This document shows positions 1-11,690 of a stretch of 64,000 bases of DNA, in pieces (position 1 is the stretch's first letter; the number at the start of each line of letters is the position of its first letter). The position numbers and the translations under genes were made by a program. The DNA is taken from contig NC_083435.1 of the NCBI RefSeq assembly GCF_020745735.1, forward strand, positions 37,721,090 through 37,785,089, in the 5' to 3' direction. The notes under the pieces were generated by a model. It had not been told where the DNA came from. It saw nothing but the letters and a program-made list of their open reading frames with translations, and made no database searches. The stretch comes from Hemiscyllium ocellatum (lineage: Eukaryota).

Positions 1-2002
1 GGATCATTCAGGAGGCAGAGGGGGTTATTGAGAGGAGTTGCAGGGAGGTAGTCACACCTCGGGTACAAGAAAAAGGCAGATGGGTTACAGTCAGGGGATG
101 GAAAGGGAACTGGCAGGCAGTGCAGGGATCCCCTGTGGCCATTCCCCTCAATAACAAGTAGACTGTTTTGGATACAGTTGGGGGAGGGGATGACCTAGCA
201 GGGTTAAGCAATGGGGTACAGGTCTCTGGCACAGAGTCTGTCCCTGCTGCTCAGAAGGGAAGGGGGAAGAGGAGCAGAGCATTAGTCATTGAGGACTCCA
301 TAGTTAGAGGGACAGATAGGAGGTTCTGTGGGAACGAGAGAGACTCACGGTTGGTGTGTTGCCGCCCGGGTGCTGGAGTTCGTGATGTCTCTGATCGTGC
401 TTTCAGGATCCTTGAGGGGGAGGGGGAGCAGCCCCAAGTCATGGTCCACATAGGCACCAATGACACAGATAGGGAGAGAGATGGGGATCTAAGGTGGACA
501 TTCAGGGAGCTAGGATGGAAGCTTAGAGCTCAAACAAACAAAGTTGTTATCTCTGGTTCGTTGCCTATGCCATGTGCTAGCAAGGTGAGGAACAGGGAGA
601 GAGAAGAGTTGAACACGTGACTACCAGGATGATGCAGGAGGCATTTGGAAACCTGGATAATTGAGGCTTTTTCTGAGGTAAGTGGGACCCCTACAAACGG
701 GATGGTCTACACCTGAACCACAGGGGTACCAATATCCTGGGGGGTGGGGATATTTGCTAATACTCTTTGGAATGGTTTAAACTAATTCAGCCGGGGGATG
801 GGAACCTGAATTGTCGCTTCAGTGTCCAGGAGGTTGAGAGTAGTGAGGTCAGAGATATGGTTTCAAGGTCACAAGAGTTAACCAGCAAGCAGGAAGGCGG
901 TTTGAAGCATGTCTACTTCAACGCCAAGAGCATCCGGAATAAGGTGGGTGAACTTGCAGCATAGGTTGGTATCTGGGACTTCGATGTTGTGGCCATTTCG
1001 GAGACATGAATAGAGCAGGGATAGGAACGGTTGTTGCAGATTCTGGAATTTAGATGTTTCAGTAAGAACAGAGAAGATGGTAAAAGAAGGGGAGGTGTGG
1101 CATTGTTAGTCAAGGGAAGTGTTACAGTGGAGAAAGGACGTTTGATGAGGACTGGTCTACTGAGGTAGCATGGGCTGAGGTTAGATAAAGGAGAGGAGAG
1201 GTCACCCTGTTAGGAGTTTTCCGTAGGCCTCCGGATAGTTCCAGAGATGTAGAGGAAAGGATAGCAAAGATAATTCCGGATAGGAACGAGAGTAACAGTG
1301 GTTGTTATAAGGTGAGCACTTTGCTGGTAGTGACCACAATTCGGTTATGTTTACTTTAGTGATGCAAGGGGATAATCTATACCACAGGGCAAGAGTTATA
1401 ACTGGGAGAAAGGCAATTATGATGCACTTAGGCAAGATTTCAGGTGCATAGGATGGGGAAGGAAACTGCAGGGAATGGGCACAATTGAAGTATGGAGCTT
1501 ATTCAAAGAACAGCTACTGTGTGTCCTTGATATGTATGTACCTGTCAGGCAGGGAGGAAGTGGTCGAGCGAGGGAGCTGTGGCCTAATATAGAAGTTGAA
1601 TCTCTTGTCAAGAGGACGAGGAACGCTTACATAAGGATGAGACGTGAAGGCTCAGTTAGGGTGCTTGAGAGTTACAAGGTAGCCAGGAAGGACCTAAAGA
1701 GAGAGCTAAGAAGAGCCAGGAGGGGACATGAGAAGTCATTGCCAGGTAGGATCACGGAAAACCTTAAAGCTTTCTATCGGTATATGGAATAAAAGAATGA
1801 CTAGAGTAAGATTAGGGATAATCAAGGATAGTAGTGGAAGTTGTGCATGGAGTCAGAGGAGATCAGGGAAGCACTAAATGAATATTTTTCATCAGTATTC
1901 ACACTGGAAAAAGACAGTGTTGTCGAGGAGAATACTGAGGTACTGGCTACTGACAAGATGGGATTGAAGTTCACAAGGAGGTGGTGTTAAAATAGGTAAG
2001 TC
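1..2002 (+). mobile_element. CR1-clade LINE, 5' part (ORF1 SGNH esterase-like domain and decayed ORF2 endonuclease), interrupted at 2002 by an L1-derived insertion
   Basis: ORF 168-620 has the CR1 ORF1 esterase motifs VIEDSIVRG and VMVHIGTND. ORF 767-964 has the endonuclease start YFNAKSIRNK. Stops and frameshifts are present. Confidence 0.9.
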
Positions 2003-3705
2003 GGAGATCCAAGATGGCGGCGACTCAGCAAGTCTGAGTTTACAGTGCTCTTCCCAAAACCTGGGTAAAGTGAGTTACTCACCTCCACCACACTTACCAA
2101 ACCACCCAAAAAAATTTTCTAACCTTAATTAGCTGTTTACTATTATATTTAAGCAGTTTAATATTAAGTGGATAATGAGTAAACCAAAGGGATCCCGCAG
2201 CTCTCAGAAAACAAAGACCCCTCCCCCACCCTCCTCTCCTCCTGCTGCAGCTGATGTAAAAACAGGCCTTGAAGAGATGATTGCCAGGCTGGAAACGACA
2301 CTCGTCAATTTCATCGCAGAATCCAGACAGAGATGGAACTCATTCGAAGAAAAGTTACAAAAGTACAGCCAGGCTCTGGAGGAATTACAGGGCCGAGTGA
2401 AGGGGGCGGAGCTAAAGGCCAGACCTCCGAGGCTGCAGCACAAACAGCTGCAGAACAGGTGCGAGCTCTGGAGCAGAGAGTCCGGGCCTTTGAAATCTAC
2501 ATGGATGACCTGGATAATAGAAATCGGAGAAAGAATATCCGTCTTCTGGGCCTCCCTGAACAAGAAGAGAAGGGACAGTTAGTAGTATTTCTGGAGCGAT
2601 GGCTGCCCCAGATTTTAAACCTGGGGGCTGAAACTGACCGGGTAAGGGTGGAGTGGGCCTACCGGGTCGCAGTACGCGGATCTGGCCCAAAGCAGTGCCC
2701 ACGCCCGGTCCTGTTCCGGCTGCAGAGTTATAGGGAGAGGCAGATACTCCTGGATGCCTCCAGAAATCTTGGAAAGGATCCTAAAGCCATGATCCATGAA
2801 GGATCCAAGATTATGTTATTTCAGGACTTCTCCCGGCTTTGGCACGAAGGAGGAAGGCGTTTGATGAGGTGAAGAAATGTCTAAGGAACTTAAATATTCA
2901 ATACACCTTACGCTACCCAGCGACGTTATGCTTTACCCACGAAGGATCCGAGTATAATTTTAGATCACCAGAAGAGGCTAAGGAACTTTTAGACTCGTTT
3001 AAATAAATCGTAAGAGACAATTTATGTTGGCTCGCCTCTTCCACACTCCGTGGGGAGAAGTGGATACTTTACTCTACTTTACTTTTGCTTCTGGGAGCAG
3101 GGTTGTTTTCCCTTGCTATTTTATGTTATTATACTTAACTGTAATTTGTTGGAGTTGTAATTTTATAGTTATGTGTGTTTGTACGTGGCATTGATGCTAT
3201 CAGATATACTCAGGTATGGGTGGGGAGGGGTGGGGGTGGGGCGCTCACTGTTAACTCTAGCTCGGTATTATATCTAAATCCTATTAAGGAGCGCCCGGGT
3301 CAAGGGTGGGACACTGTTTGGGAGAGGATATGGTGGACCTTTAGAAAGGAAGTAAGGCCCCCTGAGAACAAGGGGGAGGATCTCCATTCAAACATGTTTT
3401 ATTTTTTTTTGTTCTTATTGTTTGGAAATAGTTTTCTTTTTATTATACTGTTATGAGTGTATTAGAGAACATTTTCTCTTGTTTGAAGGATGTAAGTGAC
3501 TCAACTATACACTCTGGATAATTGTGGATTAGATTAGTAGTTAACTGAGTTTCATTGTTTTTCTTTCTTCTTTAGTATCATTCCTTTGAATTTTGATGAT
3601 TATATATTTAAGATCTATTTTTATATTAATGTTTGTGCTTGAAAGTTCTGTTTATTTTTGTAAATCTGTCAAAATATTAAATTTCTAATAAAAATATCTT
3701 TAAAA
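2003..3705 (+). mobile_element. ORF1-only L1-derived retroelement (HAL1/half-L1-like) with target-site duplication
   Basis: Starts GGAGATCCAAGATGGCGG. Frameshifted L1 ORF1 at 2175-3006 (DDLDNRNRRKNIRLLGLPE, PRPVLFRL, FQDFS, RYPATL). No ORF2 seen. AATAAA and A-tail at the 3' end. 14-bp TSD AAAATAGGTAAGTC at 1989-2002 and 3706-3719, at a TT/AAAA site. Confidence 0.85.
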
Positions 3706-5250
3706 AAAATAGGTAAGTCCCCTCCGGATGGGATTTATCCAAGGATTCTCTGGGAAGCCAGGGAACAGATTGCAGAGCCTTCTGACTTTGATCTTTATGT
3801 CATCATTGTCTACAGGAATAGTGCCAGAAGACCAGAGGATAGCAAATATTGTCCCCTTGTTCATGAAGGGGAGTAGAGACAACCCTGGTAATTATAGACC
3901 AGTGAGCCGTACTTTGGTTGTGGGTAAAATGTTGGAAAAGATTATAAGAGATAGGAGCTATAATCATCTGGAAAAGAATAAGTTGATTAGATATAGTCAA
4001 CACAGTTCTATGAAGGTAGGTCGTGCCTTACAAACCTTAATGAGATCTTTGAGAAGGTGACCAAACAGGTGGATGAAGGTAAAATGGTTGATGTGGTGGA
4101 TATGGATTTCAGTAAGGTGTTTGATAAGGTTCCCTATGGTGGGCTACTGCACAAAATACAGTAGCATGCGACTGAGGGTGATCCAGAGGTTTGGATCAGA
4201 AATTGGCGAGCTGAAAGAAGACAGAGGGTGGTGGCTGATGGGAAATGTTCATCCTGGACTTCAAGTACTAGTGGGGTACTGCAAGGATCCGTTTTGGGGC
4301 CACTGCTGTTTGTCATTTTTATAAATGACCTGGATGAGGGTGTTGGATTGGCTAATAAATTTGCAGATGCTACTAAGCTCAGCACAGTTTTGGATAGTGC
4401 CAAAGGATGTTGCAGGTTACAGAGGGACATAGATAGGCTGAAGAGCTGAGCTGAGTGGTGGCAAATGGAGTTTCATGCAGAAAAATGTGAAGGAATTCAT
4501 TTTGGAAGGAGCAACAGGAATGGAGAGTACTGGTTAATGCTAAGATTCTTGGTAGTGTAGATGAGCAGAGAGATCTCAGTGCCCATGTACATTGATCCCT
4601 GAAAGTTGCCACCCAGGTTGACAGGCTTGTTAAAAAGGCATACGGTGTGTTAGCGCTAATTAATAGAGGGATGGAGTTTCAGAACCATGAGGTCATGCTG
4701 CAGCTGTACAAAACTCTGGTGTGGCCGCATTTAGAATATTGCGTACATTTCTGGTCACAAAATGATAGGAAGGATGTGGAAACTTCGGAAAGGGTTCAGA
4801 GGAGATTTGCTCAGATATTACCTGGTATGGGGGGGGGGGGGGGGGGGAGGTCCCATGAGGAAAGGCTATTTTCAATAAAAGAGAAGAAGGTTGAGAGGTG
4901 ACTTAATAGAGACATATAAAATAATCCGAGGGTTAGATAGGGTGGACAGGGAGAGCCTTTTTTCTTGGATGGTGATGGCTACCATGAGGGACATAGCTTT
5001 CAATTGAAGGGTGATAGATGTAGGACAGATATCAGAGGTTGGTTCTTTACTCAGAGATGAGTAGAGGCATGGAATGCCCCACCTACAACGGTAGTTGACT
5101 CGCCAAATTTAAGGGCATTTTAATTGTCATTGGATAACATGTGGATGGAACTGGGATAATGGCAGTTAGATGGGCTTTCATATTGGTTTCACAGGTCGGT
5201 GCAACATCGAGGGCCGAAGGGCCTGTACTGTGCTGTAATATTCTACGTTC
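3706..5250 (+). mobile_element. CR1-clade LINE, 3' part (decayed reverse transcriptase and 3' tail); continuation of the copy at 1-2002
   Basis: Motifs [35 protein letters not shown] and LEYCVHFWS; typical GGGCCGAAGGGCCTGTACTG tail. Confidence 0.92.
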
Positions 5251-5630
5251 TCTGTTTCTTGCCACTGACAATCTATCACTCATTTGTAGAACACAAATCT
5301 GTCTAAATCAGCCCAGCCTAGATTTCATTAACCAGTGCGTTGGCAATTACAACCAGTGTACCCACCATCTCTGCAACTATTTAAGAGTCTAGGGATGCAA
5401 CCTTTGGGCTCATTAGCTTATCTTGCACTTTTCCAGTAGTGACAATGCTTAGTTTAAGATCCTTTTTTCTCTCAGGATTTTTTTTATTTTTAAGATTCGG
5501 TGTCTTCTATTTTGAAGTTTACAGCATTTGTTCAAAGTCATTGCCATTTCCTTGTTTCCCATTATAATTCCCATGATTCCATATGATAGCGTGCATCAGT
5601 AAAGAATTTGCTGCCTATTGGTCACTAGAC

Positions 5631-5701
5631 CATAAGACATAGGAGTGGAAGTAAGGCCATTCGGCCCATCGAGTCCACTCCGCCATTCAATCATGGCTGA
5701 T
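5631..5701 (-). mobile_element. CR1-type LINE 3' tail fragment
   Basis: Reverse complement reads ATCAGCCATGATTGAATGGCGG...GGGCCGAATGGCCTTACTTCC...TATGTCTTATG. Confidence 0.7.
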
Positions 5702-5752
5702 AGGTAGCCATTTTACAGCTGTCTCATACAGTTGTGGTCAGAGTGTCCCAGA

Positions 5753-6078
5753 GGCTCAGTGGTTAGCACTGCTGCCTTACAGCTCCAGAGCCCCAGGTTC
5801 AATTCCAGCCTCAGGTGACTGTCTGTGTGGAGTTTGCACATTCTTCCCGTGTTTGTGTGGGTTTGCTCTGGTTTCCTCACACCATCCAAAGATGTGCACG
5901 CTAGGTGAACCGGCTGCGCTAAATTGTCCATAGTTTTCATGGATGTGCAGGATAGGTGCATTAGTCAGGGGTAAATATAGGATAGGAGAATGGCCCTAGG
6001 TGGGTTACTCTTCAGAGGGTCAGTGTGGACTGGTTGGGCCGAAGGGCCTGCCTCGACACTGTAGGGATTCTATGATTC
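5753..6078 (+). mobile_element. HE1-like tRNA-derived SINE
   Basis: tRNA head with A/B boxes (GGCTCAGTGGTTAGC; GGTTCAATTCC), central TGTGTGGAGTTTGCACATTCT domain and CR1-like tail GGGCCGAAGGGCCTG. Confidence 0.85.
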
Positions 6079-6161
6079 ACATATTGCAGTCTAACTGTGG
6101 TCATAGTCTGATTTGCTTCAAACAGGGCAGTTAGTGGGGAAATCTGTATCAGTGGTCTTAC

Positions 6162-6422
6162 CTGATGTTTGGTTTGTACATTTCATTACCATCCTCAGAT
6201 CCTTCCTTGCCTTGTCAGAATGGTCGTTCCCTTGCTTTGTGAGAATTTTCCAGTAATTAGCATCGTACGCATCTGTCATCCACTGCTGCAAGGAGACTGT
6301 CTGACGGGTGTCACTGTCATAACGGACCACAGGAACTCCATTGATCATTCCCACACCAACATATTCAGGCAGGTCAGTTGTGCCAGAGACAGCCATAAAG
6401 GCTGCAGTAAAGATTTTGCTGT
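6162..6422 (-). CDS. Nonclassical MHC class I heavy chain, paralog A: alpha1 exon
   Basis: 261-nt phase-1/1 exon with acceptor TCTACAG and donor GTAAG. Encodes DSKIFTAAFMAVSGTTDLPEYVGVGMINGVPVVRYDSD...NYW...KCTNQTS, with the class I YDSD, YW59-60 and N86 glycan sequon. Confidence 0.93.
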
Positions 6423-6721
6423 CTGTAGATTTAAACAAAAATGAAAGGGTCAGGTTTGTATACTCGATCAAGCAAAGCCCATTCCCAAAAACCCTACAAT
6501 CAATGACAAACTGTCAAATCCACCGTCTCAAAAAGCAGCTGCAACCAGTACTGCAGTCAGTGGAGTTTCTGATAATAACACCCAGATAGTAACACACTCC
6601 ATTTTGACATAAAAAAAGACCTCCGCATTTCTTGCAGGAGATTCTGATTTTACCTCCTTCAGAAATGTGCTGCCATACTTCTGTCATAACAAATCAACAC
6701 ACAGCGCCTCACTTCACCAGG

Positions 6722-6905
6722 GACCGGATTTGATTCCACCCTCAGGTGTCTGTCTGTGTGGAATTTGCATGTTCTTCCTGCACCTCCCCGGAGTGCAAAG
6801 ATATGTCGGCTAAGTGTACAGTAGGTGCAGTGGGTCTGGATGGGATACTGTTCAGAGGGTTGGTGTGGACACAATAGACTAAATGGCCTGCTTCCATGAT
6901 GCAGG
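6722..6905 (+). mobile_element. Degraded HE1-like SINE
   Basis: TGTCTGTGTGGAATTTGCATGTTCTTC core and GAGGGTTGGTGTGGAC...GGCCTG tail. Confidence 0.65.
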
Positions 6906-7170
6906 AATTTCACATTTTGTTTTTTAAAAAAATGTCCTTTATAGTGCGGAACAATCTTCATAGATTAGAAGCAGCCAAGGAGGCATCATTGCAAACAGAT
7001 CACCAACTTCTGTTTTTATCTAGAAAGATCCAGGAAAAACATGGAGAGGGAAAATAATGAGTAGCATTCTGAGATTCCACTATCCCTATTCCAGACAGGA
7101 ACTAGGAATCAGTTCCTGTTTATACTCTGGAGAAAAAGACAACAGTAGGTTATCAAGGTTCCATTTTACT

Positions 7171-7209
7171 GAAGTCCTGAAGAAGGGTTACATCCGAAAC
7201 GTCGACTTC
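7171..7209 (+). ncRNA. Minimal type I hammerhead ribozyme (family A, GUC site) at the start of a Penelope-like terminal fragment (about 7171-7268)
   Basis: GAAGTC-CTGAAGA-A-GGGT/TAC/ATCC-GAAA-CGTC-GACTTC: 6-bp stem I, stem II, intact core and palindromic ACGT helix III. Confidence 0.75.
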
Positions 7210-7879
7210 TCCACCTCCTGATGCTGCCTGGCTTGCTGTGTTCTTCCAGCCTCCTGCCTGTCTATTTTACCTCTGGCTTAACACTTGATCTTTTCTTGAA
7301 TTCAAATTGCAGAACCAGAGCTTCAGGAGGTGGTTAGTCTCTGCAGTAAAATCATCTAAAATAAACAATGTTGTGGAGGCGCCAGTGTTGAACTGGGCTG
7401 GACAGAAGTTAAAAATCACACAACACCAGGTTATAGGTTTATTTGGATACTTCCAATGGACTACAATGATTTTTAACCTTAAAATAAACTGTGAATCATC
7501 TGTCACCAGTAACCAAGATGCTGAAACTCAGGCAGGCTAATACTTTAGAAACCAAGGACTGCATTTAATTATTATAGTTATTAGTGTGAAGCAGCTTCAC
7601 TCCCTCACTGCCAGCCAATCACTGCCAGCCAATCACTGCCAGGAAATCTACTCAGGCATGGCGCAAGAAATGGAGAATGGAGACAATTTTCCTCACATGC
7701 CATGTGGAGCTTGTACCAATCCTGTGCTACTAATTACTAAACTATTAATCCGATTAAAACTATTAAGACTCAGATAATGTTCTGGGGCTGCCAGTACAAA
7801 TCCTATTATGGGTGATCGAATTTTAATTCAATACAATCTGAACTTTAAAAAGTCTAATGATGACTATGAAACCATTACT

Positions 7880-8075
7880 GCGGGTGAAAAAACCCCATCT
7901 GCTTCACTAATGTCCTTAAGGGAAGGAGACTGCCATCCTTACCTAGGCTGGCCTACATGTGACTACAAACCCATAGCAATGTGGCTAACAGTTCACAGCC
8001 CTCTGAGAAATTAGGGATATTAGGGATAGGCAATAAATGCTGACCTAGCCAGTGATGTCTACATTCCATTGAAAC
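7880..8075 (+). mobile_element. 3' half of a second SINE/LINE-tail family (same family as 52965-53290)
   Basis: Shared GGGAAGGA..CTGCCATCCTTACCT..CTGGCCTACATGTGAC..C.CATAGCAATG block; ends GCAATAAATGCTGACCTAGCC. Confidence 0.6.
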
Positions 8076-8759
8076 TGAATTCTCATTTGTGTATTTTCCT
8101 GCTGGATATACTCAAGACAAGGAGTTATAAAACCAACTGCAATGTGTGTGTCGAGGGTGTGGTGCTGGAAAAGCACAGCATCCCTGCAATGTCTGTGTAT
8201 GTGATAGACTGCTCTTCCAGTGAAAGGTACTGGGAAGGTGAAAGCTGAAGAGGACAACTCAGCTAAATGGCAACAACTACGACTACCATGCTGACAAATT
8301 GGTAACAGGTTACTCATTAAACGCCTTCGGATACATAAAACCCATATGTCACTAGTTCAAAATTCAAAAAGCCAAAATGTACAAAACATACATATTTCTA
8401 CACAGGAATCACTCACTTTACATCACACCCACAATGTCGGAGATATTCCTATTGATCTGCACATTCAAAACATTTTCAACATTGTCTACAATGTCAATAG
8501 TGAATTGGTACACTTTGGCCAGAGCCAGGGTGAAAAGTCACAAATTGCAATTGCCAAAAGATGACCAGCTACAAGTTCCAGAAGGTCAGTATTCACGAAT
8601 GGCCTGACAGTATGTGGATATTCATTCATATTGGCCACACAGGGACTAGCTTTGTGCACCTTGACAAGTCATTTTATTTCAAAATGACATGGCAGTACCA
8701 GAAGCATTATGCCAAGATATCATGTGCATGTTACACTGGGAACACATGGGTATCAAATA

Positions 8760-9360
8760 CATTGGTGGTGGAGAGGTGGATGTGATGAAAACTAAGTGGA
8801 TTGCTTTGTCCTGAAAGGTGTCAAGCTTCTTGAGTGCTGTTGGAGCTGCCCCAATCCAGGCAAGTGAGGAGTATTCCATCACACTCCTGCCTTGTGCCTT
8901 GTAGACACTGCTTGGGGAGTCAGGGGGCAAGTTACTTGCCACAATATTCCTTACCTCTGCACTGTTCTTGTAGCCACCTGTATTTATATAGACTGTCCAC
9001 TTCAGTTTCTGGTCAACAGTAAATCCCAGAATGTTGATAATGGGGATTCAGTGATGGTGATGCCATTGAATATCGGGGGCAATGATTACATTGTCTCTTA
9101 ATGAAGACAGCCACTGCCTGGCATTTGTGTGGTGTGAATGTTACCACATTGCAGAGAAGTCTGGATATTGTCCAGAACGTGTTGTATTTGAACATGGACT
9201 GCTTCAGGATCTGAGGAACCACTGGGGATGTTCCCTGGTGATTCACTTTGATGTTATGATGGAGGGAAGGTCATTGATGAAGCAGCAGAAGATGGTTGGG
9301 CTGAGGAGACTACCCTGAGGGACTCCTGCAGAGATGTCCTGGAGCTGAGATGACTGATCT
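8760..9360 (-). mobile_element. L2/Crack-like LINE reverse-transcriptase fragments
   Basis: Minus-strand SVYKAQGRSVMEYSSLAWIGAAPTALKKLDTFQDKA and GVPQGS.LSPTIFCCFINDLP. Confidence 0.7.
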
Positions 9361-10139
9361 TCAACAACCACAACCATCTTCCTATGTGCCAGGTATGTCT
9401 CCAACTGACAGAGCGTTTGACCCCATACTCATCGATTCCAGTCATCTGCTCCTTTACCTTTAGACACCTCTTCTCATTTCTTCTATCTCTCTCTCTCCAG
9501 CTCCACACGACCCCCATCCCCCAGCCCCAAATCATTAACATTTTCACCGAGGATTCTGTAACTCCTGCCCTATGTCCACCTCCCCACAGCACTTTCACGA
9601 TATCCTTTACTCCAAAGTGGCTGGTATAAAGGGGAAAGGGCTCCCCTCTCAACAGGGAGAAACAACTGGGAGTGTGTTTAACCTGAGGGTCACCATGACT
9701 CAGGCAAGGGGTGAGATTGAGAAGGTGGGACTGTCATGGTAACCACAACGGCTACAGGAATGAACCAAAGCTGAGGCATATCAAACCAACTGCCCAGTCA
9801 GTTGAGCTCACTGACCCCTGCACCCCCCCATTCAGTGTAACCCTCCATTTAATACCAGCACCCCACCATGGACACATTCACCTTGCTCTTTAGTGAGCTC
9901 CCTGCAATGTGAAACCTCTCCGAGCAGTTGCTGCTCCACATCCATTCACAGTTATCCCCCACCCCAGTGATCCTTCTACACTCCAGCCTCTGTCCCTCGG
10001 TCACCCTCCTGGACAACTCAGGCTCCACACACCCAAACTCAAGCATGGCCTGGTGACCAGGGCAAGGCAGGAGCTCCCACAGAGGATGACCTCTGTATAC
10101 ACGGTCATCAATCTGAAAGCACCACATTGCTCACTTGTG

Positions 10140-11110
10140 TAGAACCTAATTAGTGCCTTACAGAATGCCTCATCACCAGAACTTTCCAACCAGCACCAAG
10201 ACACCAGCTTGACTGGGGGGGGGGGGGGGGGGAGAAGGACACTGTCTGTGAGGTCCTTCATGTATGCCATCACACACTGAAGTGGCTGTATGAGGTGTCT
10301 AAAGGTAAAGGAGCAGATGACTGGAATCGATGAGTATGGGGTCAAACGCCCTGTCGGTTGGAGACATACCTGGCACATAGGAAGATGGTTGTGGTTTTTG
10401 AAGATCAGTTATTTCAGCTCCAGGACATCTCTGCACGAGTCCCTCAGGGTAGTATCCTCAGCCCAACCATCTTCTGCTGCTTCATCAATGACCTTCCCTC
10501 CAACATAACATCAAAGTGAATCACCAGGGAACATCCCCAGTGGTTCCTCAGGAATCTACCTTTGCAAAGCAAGTCTGGAGCAAGATGCAGTGTGGAGGTC
10601 TGTCCCAAACAGCTCTGTGGCCTGGGATTTTGTGCTTTGCAGTCTGTTCCCTGGGATGCACACCGAGACAAATGTCAACTGCACCTGGAGGACCATCACC
10701 TCAGTGTCAGACGCTCTTTGGCTTGCCTGAAACTTGTTGGTCTTCCAGAGCAAGGAGTTAACCCCGTCCAAGTGCTGCAGGCATACAAAGGTCCAGCACT
10801 AAGTGCTGAGGGACGCGCTGAAGCTTGGAGCAACTATAGCCAAGGTACGGTGGGGAAATACATGTAAGGTCTTTCTGCTGAAGGTAAATGGGGGGGTCTG
10901 CTCACTTATCAAACCCTGCCAGTGCCTCAAATAATATATGTAAATAGCGTCTTGTACAAGCAAGAAATGTTTTGGGTTTTTTTTAATCCAATAGAGTAAA
11001 ACTCCAATTATTTTTGTTTCTTCATCTGCTACTCTACAAAACCAAACTGCATTAGTGACTCTCCCTGTATATAAAGATATTTTATATGAATACAGTAATC
11101 AATATTTTTG
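10140..11110 (+). mobile_element. Tx1-clade LINE 3' end (zf-RVT region), interrupted at 10292-10551 by an inverted copy of 9211-9470
   Basis: NASSPELSN.HQD, RRTLSVRSFM, FAKQVW and ALWLA.NLLVFQ motifs; homologous to 30060-30736; AT-rich 3' end. Confidence 0.7.
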
Positions 11111-11179
11111 AAATTTAAAATGTAGACACAGAGACCAGCTCTCCACAAGATAATGCAGTATTTTTACACACGTTTCCTA

Positions 11180-11390
11180 CAGGGAAGGGCCTGTTTCTAC
11201 ACTGTAAGTAATCTAATCTAATCTAGTAGTCGACTCGTTGACGTTAAGAGCATTTAAAAGGGCATTGGACATACAGATGGATCAGAATGGAACGGTGTAG
11301 ATTAAATGGGCATCAGATTAATCTCACAGGTCAGCACAACATCGAGGGCCGAAGGGCCTGTACTGCGCTGAAATGTTCCAGGTTCTATGA
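11180..11390 (+). mobile_element. SINE tail followed by a CR1 3' end fragment
   Basis: GAAGGGCCTGTTTCTACACTGTAAGTAATCTAATC, then GCATTTAAAAGGGCATTGGA...GGGCCGAAGGGCCTGTACTGCGCTG...TTCTATG. Confidence 0.75.
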
Positions 11391-11446
11391 TTTCCCCCAA
11401 GGAGGAGAAGCGAAAGTGAGAATGGAAAACGGAATTCTGTACTCAC

Positions 11447-11498
11447 CCGCAGAGACCCGGGAGAAACACCAGGAGATGGAAAAAAGGATCAGCAACAT
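11447..11498 (-). CDS. MHC class I paralog A: leader (signal peptide) exon
   Basis: ATG at 11498 gives MLLILFSISWCFSRVSA-G followed by GTGAGT donor. 52 nt, phase 1; 14/17 residues identical to the paralog B leader. Confidence 0.9.
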
Positions 11499-11594
11499 TC
11501 TGGGAGTGCAGCATCCCATCAGGGACTGGGAATGGGAGGCTCGGTGGGGAACAACTCGTGTCTATGGACTGAAGAGAAATAAAACACAACGCTG

Positions 11595-11690
11595 CAAGTT
11601 TATCGAGGCTCCATTTTCCTGTGAACGCTGAAATCTACTCATTTCCGGATTCCCAGCTACAAAAGGAGAGGGGAGCTGATTGGTTATCGC
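11595..11690 (-). promoter_or_regulatory. Proximal promoter/5'UTR of paralog A with CCAAT box and a block conserved with paralog B
   Basis: Minus strand reads AACCAATCAG (11676-11685), then GGAAATGAG...TTCAGCGT...AAAATGGAG...GATAAACTTG, matching 31986-32036. Confidence 0.55.

Noticed and set aside
1-6161. alpha2/alpha3/TM exons of paralog A
   Set aside because: None found; the interval is filled with LINE/SINE sequence. Given the 18.8-kb intron 2 of paralog B they probably lie outside the window, so pseudogene status cannot be called.
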